Below, piece by piece: positions 18,375 to 26,125 of a DNA stretch of 64,000 nt. Location: NCBI GenBank assembly GCA_964551435.1, contig CAZKBS010000001.1, forward strand, positions 285,422 to 349,421. The letters are read 5' to 3'. Every line of letters begins with the position of its first letter. Positions within the stretch are counted from its first letter, which is position 1. A program made the position numbers and the translations under genes. Below the pieces are notes generated by a model. The model was not told where the DNA came from and did not search any database. It worked only from the letters and a program-made list of their open reading frames with translations. The stretch is from an uncultured Micavibrio sp. Lineage in GTDB: Bacteria > Pseudomonadota > Alphaproteobacteria > Micavibrionales > UBA2020.

Positions 18375-18884
18375 GGTTCTTTATAAGCCATGCCTTTCGC
18401 CCATCCAATATTAAAGAAAGTATATATAAGAGAATTGTAGGAGTCGTAGGCGCGTGGATGAGGGGGATAACTTCAAACAACACTATTTTTCCACAGAGCC
18501 TGTCATGCGCAATCGTCGGTTTTTTTGAAAACTTTGTGCAAAAGCCAATTAAAAACAATAAATTCAAGATGAAACGGGCTTGTGAATAACGGGGATAATT
18601 GATTATTCCGGTAAATAAACTTATCCCCGCTTTTCTATTCCGGAGTCCATGCGTGGATGGGCGGACTCATAATTCCGCAGCTTATCCCCCAAAGGCATCA
18701 CGGATCAGAAAGCCCCGCGTCTATGCACGCAGTTTTCCACACAGCTATACACAAACCATATTCCAAGCAGTCGATATCTGCATATCGCGCTCAATCTTGA
18801 GCGGTCGTTACGGCTTTTCTTCGTGCGCGAATGCCGATAGGATAAACGCTGAGCAAACGTCATCCTGAATTGGGGTAAGGGTAG
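18375..18884. other. candidate chromosomal replication origin (oriC), hemE-linked
   Basis: AT-rich 510-bp gap next to hemE. Three exact TTWTNCACA DnaA boxes: 18487-18495, 18733-18741 and 18581-18589 (reverse). Four TTATCCCC cores and two GCGTGGATG copies are also present. Origin-proximal markers (rho, mnmE, mnmG, rsmG, parAB, parS) flank it. Confidence 0.6.
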
Positions 18885-19505
18885 ATGAGCGAAGACTGGC
18901 AAAAAATAGATGTGGAGCGCACGGCGCGTATTCTGTCGGAAGTAAATCCGCATCTGGAACCTGTGCCGTTCAGCATGGAAAGCACTACTATCCGCAGCCA
19001 GCGGCTTTCGTTTTACCGTGACTATGAATTTCTGGAACTGACGGATCTTTCCGCTGTACCGGCGGTGCGCAAATATGCGATTTACAAGCCGGGCGATGTG
19101 AACGTCATCAACTGGACGAACCAGACGATATACGAAACCAACGAGAAAGCGCCGATCAATATCAATGCGCGTAACGTTGTCGAATACGTGAAGTTTTTCT
19201 TTGGCTACGTGCGCGGCCGTCATGGCCGTTTCATGATTATCGAGACAATTGACGATATCCGCTGGCAAGTTGAACCGCCGCTGCAGGGTCGCAAGGTCAT
19301 GCAGCAGATGCTGGAGCCCGTGACGCTGCTGAGCGAGGATGATGACGGGACATTCAATCTGGAAGCCTTCATGGTTTTCAAAGACTCGCTTTTCAAAACC
19401 CGCGTGCATGTGAAGCCTGACGGCCTTGTCAGCATGTCGGAGGAAGAATTGAAAATCGAAGGCATGCCTATTCTTCAGGACTCGGCGCTTCAGCACTATG
19501 CCTGA
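18885..19505 (+). CDS. hypothetical protein (206 aa), first gene right of the putative origin
   Basis: ATG preceded by GGGGTAAGGG. The amino-acid composition is balanced. There is no signal peptide and no motif I recognise. GC is lower than in the backbone. Confidence 0.6.
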   Translation: MSEDWQKIDVERTARILSEVNPHLEPVPFSMESTTIRSQRLSFYRDYEFLELTDLSAVPAVRKYAIYKPGDVNVINWTNQTIYETNEKAPININARNVVEYVKFFFGYVRGRHGRFMIIETIDDIRWQVEPPLQGRKVMQQMLEPVTLLSEDDDGTFNLEAFMVFKDSLFKTRVHVKPDGLVSMSEEELKIEGMPILQDSALQHYA

Positions 19506-19554
19506 GAAAACCCACGGATAGCACATCCTTTACGCCCATTTTGCGGTACCTGCC

Positions 19555-20616
19555 ATGCGCTGCCCTGCCCCATTTTTCGAACCGCCGCAGGCGCTGGAAC
19601 ATAAACCGTCTTTTGCGGATATACCCTTATCCCTGTGCAAAAAAATAGCCGATATCTGCGGCAGTCCGGTTATGGATGGCGCTATTTTGCATGGCAGCCT
19701 TTCGGCGACAGCGGGTTTTGTGCTGACGCTACAGAATGGTCAAAAAATATTTGCCAAGGGCAGCCACCCGCAAGAAATGTCGCACGGCACGCTCCATATC
19801 CGCAGCGAAGCCTATGCGTATCAGGTATTGCCCGCGCTTAAATCCGTCGCGCCGCGTTTTATCGGACTTGTCAGTGATGATAACGAAGACGGCTGGACGC
19901 TGGGTCTTTGGGATTATATCGCGCGCGATAAAGCAAACGCCCCCGATCTTGATATTGCAGATGTGATGCGAAAGCTCGTTAGCGTACACAAGAGCGAGAT
20001 ACCCGTGACGTTCACGACAAGTGCCGCAGCGCATAACTATTTGTCGCTTTTTCTGCGTGACGAAAAAAAATGGCAGCGTGTGCGCGGCGAGGCGAAAATA
20101 AAAGACAAGCTGTTGTCGGTTTTCGAAGATGAACAGGCGCACCTGTGGCTTGATCGGCAGCTGGATAGTTTATGTGCGATGCAAGCTGCAGTGCCGGCGT
20201 TTGATTTTCAAACCGGATTGATACACGGCGATTTGCGTCTGGATAATATTTTGGCAGCGCTGACGCATACATATATTGTCGATTGGCCGAACGCCTGCCG
20301 CGGGCCCGTCGTTTTTGATGTGCTGATGCTTTCGGTGCATCTGGAATCTTTGGGCTATGGGCGGGCAGAGGATTTTATTTCTTTATATGACGCCGCCGCA
20401 GGCACGGCTTTTGCACAAAAGAATAACCAAGAGCTGATGATCATGGCCGCCAGCATGGCCGGATTTTTTGCCGATCAGGTCTACAGGGCAGTGCCCGAAA
20501 AAATGCCGCGACTGCGCTGGATGCAAAAATCCTTATTTTTCGGGCTGTTAAGCCTGATGAGTCGTCATGGGCGAATCGAATCACCCCCGCGTATGTCAGG
20601 GCTTTTGCGTATTTGA
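19555..20616 (+). CDS. APH/choline-kinase-fold phosphotransferase (protein-kinase-like superfamily)
   Basis: Catalytic loop LIHGDLRLDNIL, metal-binding YIVDWPNA, and an N-lobe Lys in KIFAKG. It lies 49 nt downstream of the preceding ORF. Confidence 0.7.
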   Translation: MRCPAPFFEPPQALEHKPSFADIPLSLCKKIADICGSPVMDGAILHGSLSATAGFVLTLQNGQKIFAKGSHPQEMSHGTLHIRSEAYAYQVLPALKSVAPRFIGLVSDDNEDGWTLGLWDYIARDKANAPDLDIADVMRKLVSVHKSEIPVTFTTSAAAHNYLSLFLRDEKKWQRVRGEAKIKDKLLSVFEDEQAHLWLDRQLDSLCAMQAAVPAFDFQTGLIHGDLRLDNILAALTHTYIVDWPNACRGPVVFDVLMLSVHLESLGYGRAEDFISLYDAAAGTAFAQKNNQELMIMAASMAGFFADQVYRAVPEKMPRLRWMQKSLFFGLLSLMSRHGRIESPPRMSGLLRI

Positions 20617-20895
20617 CACGCGATTATTTGAACCATTGTTCATTGCAGCATGGCAAAAAATGCCGATTTAATTACATAACTATAATATTTTGCTGCTTTT
20701 TTGCCTGAAAACACCGGATGTTAACCACCGCTACCGCATGATGAAGGGGCTAGGGGAAAAGCTGCCTGCTTCGGATAACAAAGATCGGACTGAACAGGAT
20801 ACCGGCACCAGAGGACTACAAAGGTATCTAAGGCCACAAGGCTGACACGACCGCGAACTTTGACTTCGGCACAGGCAAGGGAAAAAGGTGTGTAA

Positions 20896-21933
20896 ATGGC
20901 AAACGACGTTGATAAAGACAGCGACTTCAAACTGCCCAAGCCAGACAAGCAGCGTTTTCGCAGTAGTGCGGGCCGCCTCCGCAATGGCAAACACCTGTCC
21001 CACCGCGCCAGCATGGACTGGCGTTTGGACCAGCGCACCGTTTGCGACAAGCCGGACATCGCCGCTACCATCGTCTCCGTTGAAGAGCTAAAAGAAATCC
21101 TGCTGCAAAGCCGCACCGCCGAGCAGTTGATGACGGGCGATGCCGCCGCAAATCTGCATATTGTTTATGATGCGCAAGTACCTGCATCGCAATTTTACCC
21201 GCCACGCGAAGGCCGCGGTGCCACGATCACCCTGAACCCGTTCCGCCCACGCGGCGATTTGCTGAACATGCTGGCGCGCGAACTGCGCCGCAGCTGGCAA
21301 CATTTCCACGGCGCGCTGGTCAACCCGATGGATTACGAGCCGGACGAAGCTATTCTGGTCAACCGCGCGCAGCAGGCCGATGTTTTGATGGTTTCCATCA
21401 AGGTGGCGTGGGAGCTGAAACTGGGCGGCAACAGCGAAGCCTGGGATTATCTGGTCGGATCGCCGATGTCGGATGTGAGCCGTACGTTCGAAATCAAGGC
21501 GCAAACCGATTTCCGCAGCCTGAACAATGGCGAAGCGGCGCGTGCGGCCTATGATAAATTCTTCGAAGACAGCCGCACCAAGATCCATGACAAGCGCATC
21601 ATTCACCAAATGCTGCTGGATGAAGCGGGCTACATGAAATCGCAAAAAGAGCGCAGCCGTGTATCCATGGATTTGTTCAAGCGTCTGGGCGAACTGCCGT
21701 CGGGCCGCAACTATCTGTCGATGAACGCAACACGCACGCCGATGGATACCTGCTATGCGACGGTTGAAGACCGCTCCAATGCGAATTTCCTGTGGTTCAT
21801 CAAGTTCGAACGCAGCTTTCAGGAAAAAGAGCGGCAGATGATCGAAGAGTCGGTCAAGCTGTCCGCCGAAGTTGTCGACTTCGCACGCTTTGCCAGCGCG
21901 GCGCGCCGCCCGGGCAATGCTGAGCAAGCCTGA
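20896..21933 (+). CDS. hypothetical protein, zincin-like-domain paralog family, degenerate motif (RELRR)
   Basis: 345 aa, colinear with ORFs 21945, 58571 and 59620. Shared blocks are ...LHIVYD..., LNMLARELRRSWQ (21277-21291 = RELRR), QADVLMVSIKVAWEL and AARAAYDKFF. Confidence 0.65.
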   Translation: MANDVDKDSDFKLPKPDKQRFRSSAGRLRNGKHLSHRASMDWRLDQRTVCDKPDIAATIVSVEELKEILLQSRTAEQLMTGDAAANLHIVYDAQVPASQFYPPREGRGATITLNPFRPRGDLLNMLARELRRSWQHFHGALVNPMDYEPDEAILVNRAQQADVLMVSIKVAWELKLGGNSEAWDYLVGSPMSDVSRTFEIKAQTDFRSLNNGEAARAAYDKFFEDSRTKIHDKRIIHQMLLDEAGYMKSQKERSRVSMDLFKRLGELPSGRNYLSMNATRTPMDTCYATVEDRSNANFLWFIKFERSFQEKERQMIEESVKLSAEVVDFARFASAARRPGNAEQA

Positions 21934-21944
21934 AAGGACGCGCG

Positions 21945-22853
21945 ATGACGGCGGATATACCACAGCCGCCACGCATCGTTTTTCCGCTGTCGTATTTCAC
22001 CCAGAATGATGTACTGGAAATAAAAATTCCAGCGACCGCGCAGCCGCAGGCAAAAATATTTGCCGATGCCATGCAGCGTGTGTGCGGTTTTCTTTTGCAA
22101 TCACCATCGGGCCGTGCGCTGATACGCGCGGCGCTTTTGCGTGGCGTTCATATCGGCCTTGATCCGCTTTTGGAGCCGCAAACAAGTTTTTATTATCCGC
22201 TGCAAAAACGTCTGGATCTGGGTTATCAACCCGCGGCGCTGCAAACATCGCAAAAGGGTATCAGTCTTTATCTGGCCGGTATGACGGGGGGGTTGCGCCG
22301 GATATGGCAGCAAAGCCGTGCGCTGGCGCCGGATACGGCGCTGCGGCCCGAAGATTTCTTGCGCTATTGCCGTACGTTCGAAGCGGATGTTTGCGCCGTC
22401 ACGCATCTTGTCGCGTGGGAGCTGCGCGCGGCAGGCCCGTGTTTTTTCTGGCGTCACCTGCTGGCAGGCGTGGATGGCGATGTCGCGACATCTTTTGCGC
22501 GTGCGGCAAGCGCGCACCCGCGCCACCAGTTCGACGGTACCGCGCTGCGTGCGGCGTTTCTGGAGTGGTTTCAGGTGGCTGAGAGGGTGGATGCCTGCGA
22601 CCATCTGGCGCTCGAGATGATGGATATGGCGCTTTTGGGTCTGCGCGGCAGCGCCGGCGAGATTGGCCGCGCCAAGCTGGATGGCAACCGCATGAACATG
22701 CTCGGCGCTTTGCCGCAGGGTGGGAATTATTTGACCGGTATGCGTTTCCGCGCGGCACCGATGCGGCGCGGGTGCGATCCGTTTAACCGGACGCATCTAA
22801 AGCATATCCAGCACGACATCACCTATCTATCTGAAAACCAAAACAGTTTTTGA
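21945..22853 (+). CDS. hypothetical protein, zincin-like-domain paralog family, degenerate motif (GGLRR)
   Basis: 302 aa, starting 11 nt after the previous stop. Blocks are SPSGRALIRAALLRGVHIGLD, MTGGLRRIWQQ (22287-22301), EADVCAVTHLVAWEL, ALRAAFLEWF and the shared LG.LP.G.NYL. Confidence 0.6.
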   Translation: MTADIPQPPRIVFPLSYFTQNDVLEIKIPATAQPQAKIFADAMQRVCGFLLQSPSGRALIRAALLRGVHIGLDPLLEPQTSFYYPLQKRLDLGYQPAALQTSQKGISLYLAGMTGGLRRIWQQSRALAPDTALRPEDFLRYCRTFEADVCAVTHLVAWELRAAGPCFFWRHLLAGVDGDVATSFARAASAHPRHQFDGTALRAAFLEWFQVAERVDACDHLALEMMDMALLGLRGSAGEIGRAKLDGNRMNMLGALPQGGNYLTGMRFRAAPMRRGCDPFNRTHLKHIQHDITYLSENQNSF

Positions 22854-22859
22854 TATTTT

Positions 22860-22902
22860 TTGACATATCGCCTGAATCGCCGTAGTGTTAACGCATCGTT
22901 AA
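22860..22902 (+). promoter_or_regulatory. sigma70-type promoter overlapped by a TTAA-N7-TTAA (CtrA-type) box
   Basis: TTGACA 22860-22865, a 17-nt spacer, then TAGTGT 22883-22888. TTAAcgcatcgTTAA lies at 22888-22902, which is also the inverted repeat TGTTAAC-N5-GTTAACA. This is 25 nt upstream of ATG 22927. Confidence 0.45.
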
Positions 22903-22926
22903 CAATTCAAATTTTTGGGGTTCGTC

Positions 22927-23112
22927 ATGGCGAATGAGAACACGTTTAAAGAGTCCAAGCTGAAATCTGCCTTTCAAGGCGTTGCCGGCGGACTTTATGC
23001 CGCGGTTGGCGAAGACCCGAACATGGGCATGCAAACGGCGGGTTATATTTATGACCGCGCGAAGCTGGCAAAAGATCAGGTTGTCCAGAGTTTCAAAACC
23101 AAATTTGCCTGA
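22927..23112 (+). CDS. small hypothetical protein (61 aa)
   Basis: MANENTFKESKLKSAFQGVAGGLYAAVGEDPNMGMQTAGYIYDRAKLAKDQVVQSFKTKFA. It has a GGGG Shine-Dalgarno-like element and its own strong promoter. No family recognised. Confidence 0.5.
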   Translation: MANENTFKESKLKSAFQGVAGGLYAAVGEDPNMGMQTAGYIYDRAKLAKDQVVQSFKTKFA

Positions 23113-23169
23113 TAATGTTTCCCCGCGAAGGCGGGCAGCAAAAAAGTTCTTTGTAAAGTTGAAGCCTGC

Positions 23170-23853
23170 TTACTGCATATCGAGTAAGTGGGCTTCGCCT
23201 CTTTTGGCGAGCCACTCACGCGTCATCAGCATGGCGTTTTCGCGGTCGCGACGGCTGAGGCGCGAATACACTGAATCGCGGTCGCGACGCGCGGCTTCTT
23301 TTTCCGGGCCATCAGGATAGCTAATCACCGCCAGCTGCAGCCACATCAGCGCTTTGATGCTGTCGTGTGCTGTGCCGTTACCGGTAAAGTTCATGACTCC
23401 GACGTGGTGCTGCGCAAGCGCGCGGCCTTGTTCAGCGCAGAGAATCAGCAAATCATAGGCTTTTTTGGGGTCTTTTTCGACGCCCTGCCCAAGGTTGTAC
23501 ATGATGCCGAGGATTTCTTTGGCGCCTGTATGGCCGCCGTTGGCGAGCAGTTCAAGGTGCGGCAGCGCACGTTCGTACTGGCCGTCTTTATAGAGCTTCA
23601 ACACAGCTTCGTATGTCAGCGCGACGGGTTTGCCGTCTTCGTCGGTTTCTTCTTCTTCGGCGACCTCGCCGTCTTTGTCTTCTTCTTTCAAAAGAAGACC
23701 TTTCCGGATGCTTTGATATTCGGATACGTCCGGCATGGTGTCGCTGCGCGTACCGATTTCAAAAACGGATTCCTGCGCCTGCGCAGGCAGCGATATTGCT
23801 GCCATGAGGGCGAGAGCGGAAACAGTCAGGAGCGGCATCAGAAGGCGGGTCAT
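23170..23853 (-). CDS. secreted Sel1-repeat (TPR-like) protein
   Basis: Start at ATG 23853 gives a signal peptide (MTRLLMPLLTVSALALMAAISLPAQA). An acidic tract (EEDKDGEVAEEEETDEDG) follows, then Sel1-type repeats (AKEILGIMYNLGQGVEKDPKKAYDLLILCAEQG..AQHHVGVM). Confidence 0.8.
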   Translation of the reverse strand: MTRLLMPLLTVSALALMAAISLPAQAQESVFEIGTRSDTMPDVSEYQSIRKGLLLKEEDKDGEVAEEEETDEDGKPVALTYEAVLKLYKDGQYERALPHLELLANGGHTGAKEILGIMYNLGQGVEKDPKKAYDLLILCAEQGRALAQHHVGVMNFTGNGTAHDSIKALMWLQLAVISYPDGPEKEAARRDRDSVYSRLSRRDRENAMLMTREWLAKRGEAHLLDMQ

Positions 23854-23925
23854 GACGGAAAAATCCTTGTTCAAATCGCTCTTACTATTATAAGGCCTTT
23901 TGCTCGAAAGGCAAAAGTCCCGCAA

Positions 23926-24873
23926 TCAGGCGGGTTTTTGCAAAACCAGCGCGCGCCAGTCGCCAAGTTCGATTTTATCAACCAGTTGAAGGCCAAGGGC
24001 GGTATGCGCCGCTGTCACGTCCGCTTCCTGACGGGCAAGAAGACCGGACAGCACCGCAAAACCCCCCGGCAGCAAAACGGCGTTCAGATCGCCCGCCATG
24101 TCAATCAAGGGCTGCGCAAGAATATTGGCGGCAATCAGGTCATAAGGGCCATGCGCGCGGGCCATGGGGGCGTCGTAGCCGTCGCCCGCCTGCATCGAAA
24201 TCAGGTCGGCGGCGCCGTTCATGGCGGCGTGGCGTTCGGTGACCACGATGGACTCCGGGTCAATGTCAACCGCGGTTGCGCGGATATCCGGCCAGATTTT
24301 GACCATGCCGATCGCGAGGATACCGCTGCCGCAGCCTATGTCGAGGCCGTTTTTGAAGGTATGCTTTTCGGAAAGACGATCGAGCGCCATCAGGCAGCCT
24401 TTGGTGGTTTTATGCTCCCCGCTGCCAAAGGCGGTGGCGGCATCGATGCAGAGCGGCACCAGTCCCGCGGGTTTTTCGCCGGTATAGTGCGAACCATAAA
24501 CAAAAAAGCGGCCCGCCGTGACGGGCGGGAAATTGTCATGCACATGTCGCAGCCAGTCCTTTTCGGGCAGTTTTTCGGCGCTGAGAGTCAAACCGGCAGT
24601 GATGTTTTCGAAGCCGCCCTCGCTTGCGGCGATGTCGACCTGCGCTTTAATCATACCAAGGTCAGGTTCGCGATAGGTGGTCAGCGAAATCGTCCAGCGG
24701 TCGCCGTCGGCGGCTTCTTCGTTGCGAAGGAATACGGAAAGACCAAGCTCTTCCAGCGCCGCGCCAATTTGTTCGGCGATTTGCCCCGAAACTTTTTGCC
24801 GGAAATCAAAACTGACCTTGTAGAGCAGGTGCGGAATGATGTTGTCGTAGTCGAAGAGCGGCTGGTTCGGCAT
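23926..24873 (-). CDS. prmA: ribosomal protein L11 methyltransferase
   Basis: PrmA layout with the SAM motif LDIGCGSGILAI and a C-terminal GGFAVLSGLL. Start ATG 24873 is preceded by AAGGAAA. Confidence 0.85.
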   Translation of the reverse strand: MPNQPLFDYDNIIPHLLYKVSFDFRQKVSGQIAEQIGAALEELGLSVFLRNEEAADGDRWTISLTTYREPDLGMIKAQVDIAASEGGFENITAGLTLSAEKLPEKDWLRHVHDNFPPVTAGRFFVYGSHYTGEKPAGLVPLCIDAATAFGSGEHKTTKGCLMALDRLSEKHTFKNGLDIGCGSGILAIGMVKIWPDIRATAVDIDPESIVVTERHAAMNGAADLISMQAGDGYDAPMARAHGPYDLIAANILAQPLIDMAGDLNAVLLPGGFAVLSGLLARQEADVTAAHTALGLQLVDKIELGDWRALVLQKPA

Positions 24874-24977
24874 GTGTTTTCCTTGGGAGGCGGTAGATGA
24901 TGTGGCAATCATTCTTGATATTGGGCGCTTTGTCCATCATATTATTCATACAATGTATCTGATTTAACGGGGTTTTT

Positions 24978-26120
24978 ATGCAGCACAACGTGGTTATCGC
25001 CGGATATCTCCGCACGCCGTTTCACTTTGCCGGCAAGGGCGATCTCGCCTCTGTCCGGCCCGATGACATGGCCGCTATTGCCGTGCGCGCGCTTGTGCAA
25101 AAAACCGGCGTGAACACGCGGGAGATTGAAGACCTTATCCTTGGCTGCGCCTTCCCCGAAGGCGAACAGGGTTTTAACATCGCACGTCTGGTGGCGAATA
25201 TCGCCGATCTGCCGCTGACGGTGGCGGGTACGACGGTCAATCGTTTCTGCGGGTCGTCCATGCAGGCCATTCACATGGCCGCGGGGGCGATACAGATGGG
25301 CGCGGGGCATGCGTTTATTTGCGGCGGCGTCGAAAGCATGTCGCGCATCCCCATGGGCGGTTTTAATCCGCTGCCCAATCCGGCTTTGGCTGAAACCTTT
25401 CCGCAGGCCTATATCGGCATGGGGGAGACGGCGGAAAATCTGGCGCGCAAATATTCCATCAGCCGCCAGCGTCAGGAAGCTTTCGCGCTGTCGTCGCAGC
25501 AAAAAGCCGCTGCCGCGCGCGCTGCCGGAAAACTGCAGGATGAAATTACCCCTGTCACTGCCGCAGATGGCAGCATCGTCAGCGAAGATGGCTGCATTCG
25601 CGGCGATACCACGCTGGAGGCGCTGGCAGGTCTGAAACCTGCGTTTGATGCGGAAGGCAGCGTGACGGCGGGCACATCGTCGCCACTGACGGACGGCGCC
25701 GTGGCAACGCTGGTCACCACTGAAGAATTCGCCAAGGTGAACGGGCTTCACATCATGGCGCGCGTGCGCAGCATCGCGGTATCGGGCTGCGCCCCGGAAA
25801 TCATGGGCATCGGCCCTGTCGATGCCTCGCGCAAGGCGCTGAAGCGTGCGGGCCTGAGCATCGAAGATATCGATATCATCGAGCTGAACGAAGCCTTTGC
25901 CGCGCAGGCATTGTCTGTGCTGCAGGAACTGGGCGCAGATGAGACAAAGGTCAATCTTGATGGCGGCGCGATTGCGCTCGGCCACCCGCTGGGTGCATCG
26001 GGCGGACGCATCACAGGCAAGGCCGCAAGCCTTTTGAAGCGCGAGGGTAAAAAACTCGCGCTGGCGACCATGTGCATCGGCGGCGGTCAAGGGATTGCGA
26101 CCATTCTGGAAGCGGTCTGA
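24978..26120 (+). CDS. 3-ketoacyl-CoA thiolase (acetyl-CoA acyltransferase)
   Basis: 380 aa with the thiolase active-site motifs NRFCGSSMQA, NEAFAAQ and GGAIALGHPLGASG, and the C-terminal CIGGGQG. Confidence 0.92.
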   Translation: MQHNVVIAGYLRTPFHFAGKGDLASVRPDDMAAIAVRALVQKTGVNTREIEDLILGCAFPEGEQGFNIARLVANIADLPLTVAGTTVNRFCGSSMQAIHMAAGAIQMGAGHAFICGGVESMSRIPMGGFNPLPNPALAETFPQAYIGMGETAENLARKYSISRQRQEAFALSSQQKAAAARAAGKLQDEITPVTAADGSIVSEDGCIRGDTTLEALAGLKPAFDAEGSVTAGTSSPLTDGAVATLVTTEEFAKVNGLHIMARVRSIAVSGCAPEIMGIGPVDASRKALKRAGLSIEDIDIIELNEAFAAQALSVLQELGADETKVNLDGGAIALGHPLGASGGRITGKAASLLKREGKKLALATMCIGGGQGIATILEAV

Positions 26121-26125
26121 TAGCG

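Noticed and set aside
18599-18868. An 89-aa plus-strand ORF inside the hemE-adjacent gap.
   Set aside because: It has no Shine-Dalgarno element, an odd composition, and it overlaps the DnaA-box and TTATCCCC cluster. The region is better explained as non-coding origin DNA.
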